From a virus, in IMG/VR virus record IMGVR_UViG_3300029787_000021, positions 9,432 to 73,431 of that record: 64,000 bases of DNA. One strand, written 5' to 3'. The position numbers were made by a program, and so were the translations under genes. How positions within the stretch are numbered: position 1 is the first letter of the stretch; each line of letters starts with the position of its first letter. The notes beneath the pieces are model-generated. The model made no database searches. It had not been told where the DNA came from and saw only the letters and a list, made by a program, of their open reading frames with translations. Positions 55,447 to 64,000 of this stretch are shown here, piece by piece.

Positions 55447-55845
55447 TTACATGTTTTTTATAACATTCCATACTTCTTCAGAGGTACGGAACTTTACTTT
55501 TTCTTCTTTTTTATTTCTTCTAACCAAAATAGTACCATCCCATTCTTTATCCGGGAGTAGTTGATAGAGATATAACTGTATCATTTCTAATTGATTAGTA
55601 TTAAATGTTAACTTAAGTAATGATTCTATAACTTGAAAGAATTTATCTTCATAAGCAGTAACATCTATTCCTATTTCTTCTACTAAAAAATCTTTTCTAT
55701 CTTCAATCTCTCTCATTTTAGAAAGCATAGTTATAAAAGCTTGCTTTTTAACTTCACTTTTATCTATAAGCTTTCTACTAATACGAAAATTTAAATTAAT
55801 ATCTCGTTTTAATATTTCTCTAACTCGTTCTCTAGTAATAGCCAT
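55447..55845 (-). CDS. Hypothetical protein
   Basis: Follows promoter 55851-55883. Confidence 0.65.
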   Translation of the reverse strand: MAITRERVREILKRDINLNFRISRKLIDKSEVKKQAFITMLSKMREIEDRKDFLVEEIGIDVTAYEDKFFQVIESLLKLTFNTNQLEMIQLYLYQLLPDKEWDGTILVRRNKKEEKVKFRTSEEVWNVIKNM

Positions 55846-55850
55846 ACTAT

Positions 55851-55883
55851 TTAATATATGAAATTAATAATAAAAAACCAACT
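55851..55883 (-). promoter_or_regulatory. Early/middle promoter
   Basis: AGTTG-N16-TTCA-TATATTAA. Confidence 0.7.
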
Positions 55884-55898
55884 ATTTTTATATAGTTT

Positions 55899-56213
55899 TT
55901 AGTAACTACTTCTTCTTCTTACTAACTTACCTCCTAAAGATGTAGGTTTACGTTTAGGTCGTTGTATTCTTTTAGTATCAACTTTAGTATCTACAAATTG
56001 AATTCTATCTTCTTTTTTAGCTTCTTTGAAAAGTCTTCGTTTTTCTATTGGGTTTGGAGGTCTATTAATTACTATATCGTACTTGGCAAGACATTCTCTA
56101 ATAGTCTCTCTTTTTTTTCTAGCAAAATACTGTATAGCATCTTTCTTTCTTTTAACATTAACTTTGTCTAATGCTTTTTTTCTATCGTTTTTATAATATA
56201 ATACAAATACCAT
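55899..56213 (-). CDS. Basic hypothetical protein
   Basis: ORF track. Confidence 0.6.
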   Translation of the reverse strand: MVFVLYYKNDRKKALDKVNVKRKKDAIQYFARKKRETIRECLAKYDIVINRPPNPIEKRRLFKEAKKEDRIQFVDTKVDTKRIQRPKRKPTSLGGKLVRRRSSY

Positions 56214-56837
56214 CTATTCCCAAATTACGTTTTTAAACTTTTCAGGAGATAATCCAAAGAAGTCAGTTCTCCATTGAGTCTGATCAAAGAAATTTAGATC
56301 AAACCATTCATTTTTTCTATTCCATAATAGCTCTGCTATGTCATCCCAATCTTTGTTTACTATAAACTCTTCTATTTCTTTTTTCTTTTCTAATACATCT
56401 TCATATACAAATGAATCCCATTCGTAATGAAATACTTCAAATACTTTATCAGATGATACATAGTCTATAGATATATCTATTCCCCATTTAGGTTTCATTC
56501 TAATTAACTTATAAAGCATAGGATTATCTAAAGCTATTTTTTCTAATTGAGCTTTAGCTTTTCCATTAAATCCTTTTCTTTCAAATATATCTGAGTGATT
56601 TATATGAGCTCCTTCTCTTTTATCCCATACTATCCAATCTTGTCTTAAACAATCTTCATGTCTTCTTTCGATAGGAACATAACCATTAGGTATTAAAAAT
56701 GCTTGTTCAGCTAAAGTAAGATGATATCCATTTTGATCAAATAAGTCTACGCAGTTGGTATTATTTAGTACTTCAATTTGTTCGGTTGGTTCAGTATAAT
56801 ATGCTTGTTTACTAAAATTTGTATTAGCTATCTTCAT
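56214..56837 (-). CDS. Phage hypothetical protein
   Basis: LFDQNGYHLT, PKWGIDISIDY, EVFHYEWD. Confidence 0.65.
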   Translation of the reverse strand: MKIANTNFSKQAYYTEPTEQIEVLNNTNCVDLFDQNGYHLTLAEQAFLIPNGYVPIERRHEDCLRQDWIVWDKREGAHINHSDIFERKGFNGKAKAQLEKIALDNPMLYKLIRMKPKWGIDISIDYVSSDKVFEVFHYEWDSFVYEDVLEKKKEIEEFIVNKDWDDIAELLWNRKNEWFDLNFFDQTQWRTDFFGLSPEKFKNVIWE

Positions 56838-57061
56838 TACTTTTTCTTACCGCCTTTCATATTAGCGCACCAATGATACATTTTTCCTTTCTCCCCTCCA
56901 TATTTTTTAGCTTTAGCTCTTAACGATGAAACTGATCCTTTGCATGATGCACCTGATTTTTTAACTCTACCAGGTTTAGACTTACCTTTCTTCTTACCGT
57001 CTTTAAAATTTTCGGAAGCAAGTAATTCACCTATCATCTGTGCTAAAGTTAATCTAGTCAT
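56837..57061 (-). CDS. Small basic protein with leader (putative internal head protein)
   Basis: MTRLTLAQMIGELLASE, then a K/G-rich module ending HWCANM. Confidence 0.65.
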   Translation of the reverse strand: MTRLTLAQMIGELLASENFKDGKKKGKSKPGRVKKSGASCKGSVSSLRAKAKKYGGEKGKMYHWCANMKGGKKK

Positions 57062-57984
57062 TATTTTTTCTTCCAGATTTCTCCTCTTCTACATCTAACT
57101 ACTGCTCCTGAAGCATAAGCTGATGGCCAAGTATCGTATTTGCTTTTAGCTAATCTAGTACATCTATCGTCTTTCTCCATTAATATTTCATTACCTTTTG
57201 CTTCTTGTAATAAACCTACAGTTAAGTTTTTAAGGTCTTCGATAGTTAATTTAGCTTCGTCTATATTTTTACGTCTAGGGACTTGAACATTTAAGTCTTT
57301 TAAATCTCCTTGTACTGATTGCATAGCTCTAGCTAATATTGGAAACTCATTTGCAGGTACATGAATATATTTATCACCGTAAGTTATCTGTACCATTAGT
57401 CCTCTATCTTTACCACCTGCAAATCTTTTAATTTGAATACCGTTTCTATCATATAAGTCAGTACCTTCGTTATATTGAGTTACTGGGGGAACTTTAGATC
57501 TTTGCTTATCTTTAGGATCACTTAATCTAGCTCCTCTTTCTCTAGCATCTTTAGATAATGTACCTTTAACTAAGTTACCTGACTTAGTAAAGTAGTGTCC
57601 TTTTGGAGCACCTTTAGTTTCATTTTTATTTTTCATATTCGTAGGTTTATATCCTGATCCATAAGGAGCGGCTTTACCGTCTTGAGGATTAGAAGTCTCT
57701 TTTACTTTTGCTTTTTTAGTATTTTTTACTACTGTTTTTCCTTTAGCACCTGCTTTTTTCTTTTTAGCAGCAGTAGCGGCTCTTTGGCCTTTAGTTAAAC
57801 TTTGAGCTTTTGATTTAGGTAGACAACGATCTGGGTTCTTTTTATTTTTAGAAGTACCACAAGGACCAGCTATATTACCAGAAGAGGATATACGTACCCA
57901 CTTCTCTTTTTTAAACCAATCTCTTAATGATTCGTCAACAGCTATTTCAGCTAAAGAAGGTAAATTAGATTTCTTCGTTGTCAT
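57061..57984 (-). CDS. Modular basic protein, putative internal head polyprotein
   Basis: Modules separated by VDE, VKE, KNE, YNE, IDE, LME; start moved to 57984. Confidence 0.6.
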   Translation of the reverse strand: MTTKKSNLPSLAEIAVDESLRDWFKKEKWVRISSSGNIAGPCGTSKNKKNPDRCLPKSKAQSLTKGQRAATAAKKKKAGAKGKTVVKNTKKAKVKETSNPQDGKAAPYGSGYKPTNMKNKNETKGAPKGHYFTKSGNLVKGTLSKDARERGARLSDPKDKQRSKVPPVTQYNEGTDLYDRNGIQIKRFAGGKDRGLMVQITYGDKYIHVPANEFPILARAMQSVQGDLKDLNVQVPRRKNIDEAKLTIEDLKNLTVGLLQEAKGNEILMEKDDRCTRLAKSKYDTWPSAYASGAVVRCRRGEIWKKK

Positions 57985-58342
57985 CAGCAGCAGGTGAGGA
58001 ATTAGGATTAGTTTGTTTAAGAGCTGCTCTAACCATTCTATCAAAATATTCAATATAGATAAAGAAACCTATAATTGTTTTATCCTTTAAGTTTCTATCT
58101 CTTTCTACTTTAAAATCATATTGATTTAAACCTTGTTCTAATCGCTGCTCTAATTCAATTGCAATATCATTTTGCTCTGTCTTAGTAATAGAACCGAATT
58201 CAGTAGGTAAGAATTGTATTTTAACTCCTTTCTTTTGAGGATCTTCATTTACATCTACTTTTAACATAAATTGATGACCTGCAAAGTTAACTTTTGCATT
58301 CTCATTAATTACTTCTCTTACTATTTCTTTAATGTTACTCAT
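57965..58342 (-). CDS. Hypothetical protein with MSNIKEIVREVINE leader
   Basis: Late motif at 58353. Confidence 0.65.
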   Translation of the reverse strand: MSNIKEIVREVINENAKVNFAGHQFMLKVDVNEDPQKKGVKIQFLPTEFGSITKTEQNDIAIELEQRLEQGLNQYDFKVERDRNLKDKTIIGFFIYIEYFDRMVRAALKQTNPNSSPAADDNEEI

Positions 58343-58372
58343 GATATTTTTATATAAATAGTTACTAATTCC

Positions 58373-59206
58373 TTATATGACCGCTCTTCCTTTCATTTTT
58401 TCCCAATCTCTATCTTCTCTTACTGTTTCGTTTGTTTTCATTGCTGCTGTTAATACGTTATTAACTGTGCCTAGTTTATTACTAACATGGAGTAATGCGC
58501 TTAGATCCTTAGGGAAACAGTGACCACCAAAGCCAAAGTCGCCATCATAACCAGGAACCTGCCAATGAGAATTACCTAATCTTTCATCTAATGTAGCATA
58601 TTCTATAACTTTATCATAATCAGCTCCTACTTGCTCACATATTTTATAGATTTCATTAGCAAAAGATACCTTTGTTGCTAAAAATGCATTAGTTAAATAC
58701 TTTACCATTTCAGCATAATTAGAATTGGTTTTAATTATACGTGCTTTAGGAAATACTTTAGAAAATATTCTTTTTACTTCTGATGTATGAGGTCTAGGTC
58801 CTCCTAATAATATTCTATCTTGATTATTAAAATCTTCAACAGCATTTCTTTCAGTAAGGAACTCTGGGCTAAATATTACATTTAAAGAACTAAATCTATC
58901 GTTCCATTTTTCAGTTGTACCTGGAGGGATTGTTGATTTTACTATTATAGTTCTACTAATCTCATGATTGTCGGCTAATAAATCTAGTTCATCTAATACT
59001 TTATCTATTATATCTATATTACAGCTTCCATCTTTATTCATTGGAGTAGGTAAACAAACAAATATATAACTACATTGATTAAAGACCCAGTCTTTAGTAC
59101 TATTACATTTTGTTTTATCTATATCGTATGTTAATACTTTATAAAAGTTTTTAAATTTTTGGTAAACAGCGTTACCAACAAATCCTTGACCTATTATTCC
59201 TATCAT
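58373..59206 (-). CDS. UDP-glucose/GDP-mannose dehydrogenase family (lacks the C-terminal domain)
   Basis: GQGFVG, CLPTP, KSTIPPGT, SPEFL, AEMVKY, GFGGHCFPKD. Confidence 0.9.
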   Translation of the reverse strand: MIGIIGQGFVGNAVYQKFKNFYKVLTYDIDKTKCNSTKDWVFNQCSYIFVCLPTPMNKDGSCNIDIIDKVLDELDLLADNHEISRTIIVKSTIPPGTTEKWNDRFSSLNVIFSPEFLTERNAVEDFNNQDRILLGGPRPHTSEVKRIFSKVFPKARIIKTNSNYAEMVKYLTNAFLATKVSFANEIYKICEQVGADYDKVIEYATLDERLGNSHWQVPGYDGDFGFGGHCFPKDLSALLHVSNKLGTVNNVLTAAMKTNETVREDRDWEKMKGRAVI

Positions 59207-59430
59207 TTTTCGTAACTATTAATTATTCCTCCAGTAATATCATGATCTCCTAAATGATTAGGACATTTAAGCTTTTTAACTTCTATCCATTCTAAAATAA
59301 ATCTATTTCTTCCAACTTGTTGTTTGGTCCATTCTATATCGTCAGTAAATACTTTTAATTCATCTATCTTACCTGATGCATCTTTCCATTTAAGGTACCA
59401 TTTAGGAGTGTTTTCGTCTCTTTCTTTCAT
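59203..59430 (-). CDS. Hypothetical protein
   Basis: ORF track. Confidence 0.6.
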   Translation of the reverse strand: MKERDENTPKWYLKWKDASGKIDELKVFTDDIEWTKQQVGRNRFILEWIEVKKLKCPNHLGDHDITGGIINSYEK

Positions 59431-60086
59431 TAGTTAAAGTTTATCCAGTGTTTAGTTTTTTTAATTTGATTCCATATAAAGTTTCTACAATTTATTTTCT
59501 CTAAAGTATAGAATGATTGTGCTACTTTATTTATGTGCTCATTGTTCCATTCATTTCTTAATCTATTTCTTATACGTACTTTCATATTTAAATCTTCTAC
59601 TTTATTGTTATGTGGAATTTTTATATCTAAATTTAGATAATCAGCTAAATGAGATGAAAAGTAATTAAGATCAAAATAATAAACTTGCATACCTTTCCAT
59701 TTATCATTCAAAAGTATATTATTCAAAAAGAATTCACCTATATCATTAGTAAAATGATCTGGATGATTACTAAAAGATATAGCATCAAATCTTTTCTTTC
59801 TTAACTCAACTATAGCTTGATCTATATCTTCATCAGTTACAGATAGAACTTTATTAAATAATTGCATTAAATCTTGTATAAGAGCACTCTCATGTCTTTC
59901 CCATTCGTCTCTTACCGGTATAAAAACTTTTAGATTACTATCATTAAAATTTATAGCTTGTTTAAAATGATCTTCATAAATTTTCCAACCTTCATTTTGC
60001 TTTGCTATTTGTTTTACAGACTGACTAGCATTTTTATATAAACCTACTATACAAATATTATCTTTTACAACTATTCTAGATGACAT
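59430..60086 (-). CDS. Sulfotransferase-like protein
   Basis: YKNASQSV (5'-PSB-like), VRDEWERHESA (3'-PB-like), PHNNK. Confidence 0.5.
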   Translation of the reverse strand: MSSRIVVKDNICIVGLYKNASQSVKQIAKQNEGWKIYEDHFKQAINFNDSNLKVFIPVRDEWERHESALIQDLMQLFNKVLSVTDEDIDQAIVELRKKRFDAISFSNHPDHFTNDIGEFFLNNILLNDKWKGMQVYYFDLNYFSSHLADYLNLDIKIPHNNKVEDLNMKVRIRNRLRNEWNNEHINKVAQSFYTLEKINCRNFIWNQIKKTKHWINFN

Positions 60087-60089
60087 ATT

Positions 60090-60899
60090 TTAAAATTTAA
60101 TTCCTTTTACTATTTGATTAGTTTTAGGATTATGAGAATTATTTTTATAAAGTTTAGGTCTTATACCCCATTTATATTCAAACATATCAGCTGCTGGTGC
60201 TTCACTAGCTTTGAATACAAACTGATCTTTATCTGTTCTATTTTTTGTAGCTGCTGAGCCAAAGTGATAAAAATGTAAACTATGAGTTCTTTCAAAAGTA
60301 CATCCTGCTAGTTCTAATTTAAGAAAGAAGTCCCAATCACAGATAAAAGGAGATTGATATATAGTATCAAATCCTCCTACCATCATATAATCTTTCTTAA
60401 GCATAGCAAAAGGAAAAATTCCTCCGTCTTCAGTTACTTCATTAGAACTAAATTGTGACTCATATTTTTTAAATCCTTCATAATCAAATTCTTCTGGTGT
60501 TCTACCAAAATCTTTAACTGGAAAGTCAAATATACCAGGACCAGTAGGTTCAATTTGATTAATAGTTTTAACTTCTTTATCACTAATATCAGCCCATATG
60601 CTATCCCAACCATGACATAGTACGTTATCATCATTAATAATCATAATATGTTCATTAGATGCATTCATAACTCCTAGATTAAGAGCCATTTGCATGCCTT
60701 GGTTATTTACCAAATCAAGTACCTTGATATCATCTTTATACTTATCTAATATATCTTGGCTTTCTTTTATATATCCATCAACTGCGACAATTATTTCACT
60801 ATCAACAGTTCTACCTTCGATAGCCGATTGAAGACATATATCAAGATACTGAGGATTACGGTAAGTAGGTATAACTAAGCTTATCATTAATTTTTCCAA
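60090..60899 (-). CDS. Glycosyltransferase family 2
   Basis: SLVIPTY, VAVDG, INDDN, VGGFD, CDWDF. Confidence 0.9.
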   Translation of the reverse strand: MEKLMISLVIPTYRNPQYLDICLQSAIEGRTVDSEIIVAVDGYIKESQDILDKYKDDIKVLDLVNNQGMQMALNLGVMNASNEHIMIINDDNVLCHGWDSIWADISDKEVKTINQIEPTGPGIFDFPVKDFGRTPEEFDYEGFKKYESQFSSNEVTEDGGIFPFAMLKKDYMMVGGFDTIYQSPFICDWDFFLKLELAGCTFERTHSLHFYHFGSAATKNRTDKDQFVFKASEAPAADMFEYKWGIRPKLYKNNSHNPKTNQIVKGIKF

Positions 60900-61930
60900 A
60901 AACTATATATACCTTTTTCTAATTCATAATCTTTCCATACGAATCTTTCTCTCATAGGCTGATGTTTAGCCCAATCCCACATTCTTTGTAGACCTTCTTC
61001 AATATCTATTTTATGTTCAAAGCCTAGTACTTCCATAGACTTAGTCCAAGTAGGATATGCATCTTTAACTTCGTGTCTTGCTTCTTTATAAGCTACTGGA
61101 ACCTCTTCTATTCTTTTAACATCACCTTCCCCAATAACATTTCTTAAAGCTTGACATGCTTCATTAACAGTAGTAAACTTAATACCACCTAAGTTAATAG
61201 TTTCTTTAGATGCTTCTGGTATCATAGCAGCTTTCCATAAAGGCTCTAATGCATCATCAATATAACTCCATGCTCTTTTTTGCTCTCCATCTCCAAAGAT
61301 AGTCATAGGTTCTGCTTTCATATATTGATACATCCAAATACCTAATACATTTCTATATTTATCCCATATGTTTTGATTACGTCCATAAACATTATGAGGT
61401 CTAATAATACAGTAATCTAATCCATGCTGATCAGCTGCACATTTAATATCCATCTCACATGCATACTTAGCTACTCCGTATGGATCTATAGGACAAGGTT
61501 GATCATCTTCGTGAAATGGTCTCTTACCTTCCCAACCATGACCATACACTGCCATAGTAGACGTAAAGACTAATCTCTTAATATCATTCTTAATACATTC
61601 ATTAACTACTATTGATGTTGCAGTTAAATTATTTGTATAGTTAAATGATCTTACAAAAGGAGATAACCCTTCTGCTGCATAAGCTGCAAAATGATATACA
61701 TAATTTGGTTTTTCCTTACTAAATACCTCTGCTAACTTTCCGTCAGTAATATTAGTTTTATAAAAAGTTACTCCATCAGGGATATTACTTTCATAACCTC
61801 CACTCATGTCGTCTATTCCAACTACCCTATAATCGGGTTTGTTCTCTAGAATATATTCAGCTAAACGACTACCTAGTAGTCCAGCTACTCCTGTGATTAA
61901 AATTGTTTGTTTATTCATACTTTGTTCCAA
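60887..61930 (-). CDS. NAD-dependent nucleotide-sugar epimerase/dehydratase
   Basis: ITGVAGLLG, HFAA, YGVAK, RPHNVYG. Confidence 0.9.
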   Translation of the reverse strand: MEQSMNKQTILITGVAGLLGSRLAEYILENKPDYRVVGIDDMSGGYESNIPDGVTFYKTNITDGKLAEVFSKEKPNYVYHFAAYAAEGLSPFVRSFNYTNNLTATSIVVNECIKNDIKRLVFTSTMAVYGHGWEGKRPFHEDDQPCPIDPYGVAKYACEMDIKCAADQHGLDYCIIRPHNVYGRNQNIWDKYRNVLGIWMYQYMKAEPMTIFGDGEQKRAWSYIDDALEPLWKAAMIPEASKETINLGGIKFTTVNEACQALRNVIGEGDVKRIEEVPVAYKEARHEVKDAYPTWTKSMEVLGFEHKIDIEEGLQRMWDWAKHQPMRERFVWKDYELEKGIYSFWKN

Positions 61931-62604
61931 TTAATTAATGGAGATAGCCATGCTGTTTCTCCATGTGTTGCATAACCCGGTAAAGGAGTTATTAATAATT
62001 TGTTATTTTTTCCTAACTCTAAAAACATTTGGAAGTCGTTAGGATGCTTTCCATCTGTATGTTTACGAAGTATTTCTTCGCTCTCTTTTAACGTTTCAAC
62101 CTTAGCGGCAAATGTCATAGTAGTACTATTAGTTATCTTCCAATGAGTACTCTCTGATAAATATACCCGAGTTGCTTCTGCTCCACCTTCACAATAAGGA
62201 TTACCACCTTTAGATGGATCTAAATACTTATCCGGATGATCATATAAAGATACGAACTTTGCTCCTAATTTAAAACCTTCTTCTAATATTTTTTGACTAT
62301 TAGGTTTATGCAAATAATCATTCTCTATAAAATAAACTATCTCATCATCTTTATAACTTAAAGCTTCGTTAAGAGCTATATTAAAAGTACCTGCTCCATG
62401 ACCAACAGATAAATAAGATATTTCAGATCTAGGATGATATTTTTGAATCATATCATTAGTCTCTTCAGAAATATTATCAGCTAATATAGACCAATCAGCA
62501 TCTTTAAATACTTTAGTAGCATTAGCTAAACATTTTTCATTATCGATATAGTCTGGTTTAACTTTATTATAACCAGCATCTGATATTCTATAAATTATTC
62601 TCAT
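61915..62604 (-). CDS. GT-A-fold glycosyltransferase-like protein
   Basis: ILADN, VYFIENDYLH, STTMTFA. Confidence 0.7.
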   Translation of the reverse strand: MRIIYRISDAGYNKVKPDYIDNEKCLANATKVFKDADWSILADNISEETNDMIQKYHPRSEISYLSVGHGAGTFNIALNEALSYKDDEIVYFIENDYLHKPNSQKILEEGFKLGAKFVSLYDHPDKYLDPSKGGNPYCEGGAEATRVYLSESTHWKITNSTTMTFAAKVETLKESEEILRKHTDGKHPNDFQMFLELGKNNKLLITPLPGYATHGETAWLSPLINWNKV

Positions 62605-63287
62605 CTATATAATCTATGTTTAATTAATTTATTAAACTCAACGTTATTATTTTCTAAATGTATCCATAATAACTCTTCCCAGCATAGACGTTGATCTTTA
62701 TTTTTATCCATTAAAGTCTTCCATGTATTATAAAGATCATTATATATATCCATATTTTTAGAAGATCCAAATGCAAATGAATCGGCTAAACCTTTTGGAT
62801 GAGGACACCCAGTTGGTACTGTAATAGTATTTAAATCATATCTTTCATAGTAAATAGGTTCAAAACATTGAAAATCGGATCTACTTCTTATTACTACGTC
62901 ATACTTAAAATCGTTTTCTTTTTCATAATCAGATTTTAATTTATTAGAAGCATACATAGAATATAACATACTAGCTCCATAATCACTTCTTATACCTGGG
63001 GCAGTCCTATCTGAGTATAAACCAAATTCATATTCTCTTTGAGGATCTAATTCTACTACTAAAGGTTCATACGTGTCTAAATATTCACGCATAGTATTTT
63101 CTTTTATATCATCTCCAGGATGACCTCCAGCATTTATCCAACGAGTACCTATTTGTTCTTTTGTTATAATCCATGAATGTATAAAAGTATCAATATCGTA
63201 ATCTCCTTTAATAAAAGGCTTATGTACTTTGTTATAACCTTCTGAAACGAATCTAGGTTGACCTGAAAGACATAACGCTATTCTCAT
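62601..63287 (-). CDS. Putative glycosyltransferase
   Basis: IALCLSGQPR, FIHSW, YDVVIRSRSD, DSFAFG. Confidence 0.65.
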   Translation of the reverse strand: MRIALCLSGQPRFVSEGYNKVHKPFIKGDYDIDTFIHSWIITKEQIGTRWINAGGHPGDDIKENTMREYLDTYEPLVVELDPQREYEFGLYSDRTAPGIRSDYGASMLYSMYASNKLKSDYEKENDFKYDVVIRSRSDFQCFEPIYYERYDLNTITVPTGCPHPKGLADSFAFGSSKNMDIYNDLYNTWKTLMDKNKDQRLCWEELLWIHLENNNVEFNKLIKHRLYR

Positions 63288-63733
63288 CTATAATCTTTTA
63301 TTTTATCACTGCAGACACCTAAACAGTTATTTAGATCTTGATTATCTACTAGTTCAGGCATTACAGCTATACTATTATAAGATAAGAACTTTCCTGGGAA
63401 AGTCCAAATATATCCTTTAGAAGTTAAAGCATAATCATCTTCTTGATGCCAAAAATAATTTACATGTATTCCTATAGGATCTAATTCTCTCCATTTAAAT
63501 AATGCTTGAGGGTTTTTACAATGAACCCAAAGCTTTCTGTGGTAATCTTCAAATAAAGATATTGGTATATTATATTGGGGTTCATCATGTCCTAATCTAA
63601 ACTTACCATCTACAAACCAAACATCTACTTCTACATCATAACCTTGTCTTATAGCTTCCATTATATAGTCAGGAGAGTTTTCTCTTTCCGGAATAGCACC
63701 ATCTATATTTCCTCTATGAGATATTAATATCAA
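63284..63733 (-). CDS. PLC-like/GDPD-like phosphodiesterase
   Basis: ISHRGN, ENS, VEVDVW, LGHD, HCKN. Confidence 0.8.
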   Translation of the reverse strand: MILISHRGNIDGAIPERENSPDYIMEAIRQGYDVEVDVWFVDGKFRLGHDEPQYNIPISLFEDYHRKLWVHCKNPQALFKWRELDPIGIHVNYFWHQEDDYALTSKGYIWTFPGKFLSYNSIAVMPELVDNQDLNNCLGVCSDKIKDYR

Positions 63734-64000
63734 AATTCTTCTTTTATTTTTTCAACCCACTTAGTTATTCTTTCCTGAGTAAGTTCATCTTGATTATCTT
63801 CATCTATACATAAACCGTAAAACGTATCTTTATCAACAAAAGCTTTAGAAGGTTTCATCCATCCAAAATCATATGTTTCGTCATTAGCAGTATACCCTAC
63901 AAGCTTACCTCCATTTGCTAAAACTATCTTACCTAGTATTCCAATACCGTCACAAAACCATTCTGCATATCCTAACTGGTCTCCTAATCCTAACATTGCA
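63730..64000 (-). CDS. fldA: Long-chain flavodoxin, partial (start beyond window end)
   Basis: GLGDQLGYAEWFCDGIG...GLCIDEDNQDELTQERI..W. Confidence 0.9.
   Translation of the reverse strand, partial: AMLGLGDQLGYAEWFCDGIGILGKIVLANGGKLVGYTANDETYDFGWMKPSKAFVDKDTFYGLCIDEDNQDELTQERITKWVEKIKEEF

Noticed and set aside
1-64000. Stop-codon reassignment
   Set aside because: Genes tile densely under the standard code, and TAA, TAG and TGA all end well-formed genes

Overview
AT-rich, gene-dense segment of a large T4-like (myovirus-type) bacteriophage genome, with almost all genes on the minus strand and the standard genetic code. The host is probably a Bacteroidota/Flavobacteria member (inference from promoter shape, A-rich non-Shine-Dalgarno start contexts and Bacteroidota-style lipoproteins). 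Layout: (1) 1-11 kb, putative internal-head proteins and enzymes, exonuclease, primase; (2) 11.5-29 kb, tail fibre/baseplate module; (3) 29.5-31 kb, gp55-like late sigma factor and HD hydrolase; (4) 33.2-35.5 kb, an anomalous island of tiny membrane ORFs bracketed by GC-rich inverted elements; (5) 35-58 kb, accessory genes; (6) 58-64 kb, nucleotide-sugar/glycosyltransferase island and flavodoxin. Two promoter classes are visible: AGTTG-N20-TAnnTT (15 copies) and [CA]TATTTAT[AT] (about 13 copies). Best novelty candidates: a circularly permuted ATP-grasp fused to three tandem Hint domains, with an adjacent peptide, a catalytically degenerate solo Hint and a related Hint on a tail-module protein; a promoter-driven tRNA-like RNA with about 70 extra nt in the anticodon arm; an unannotated 21-aa, 9-Cys metallothionein-like ORF; head polyproteins and enzymes carrying protease-type leaders; and a pervasive [S/T]-[G/A/S]-S motif in virion proteins. 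All family calls come from motif recognition by eye; no database searches were run.
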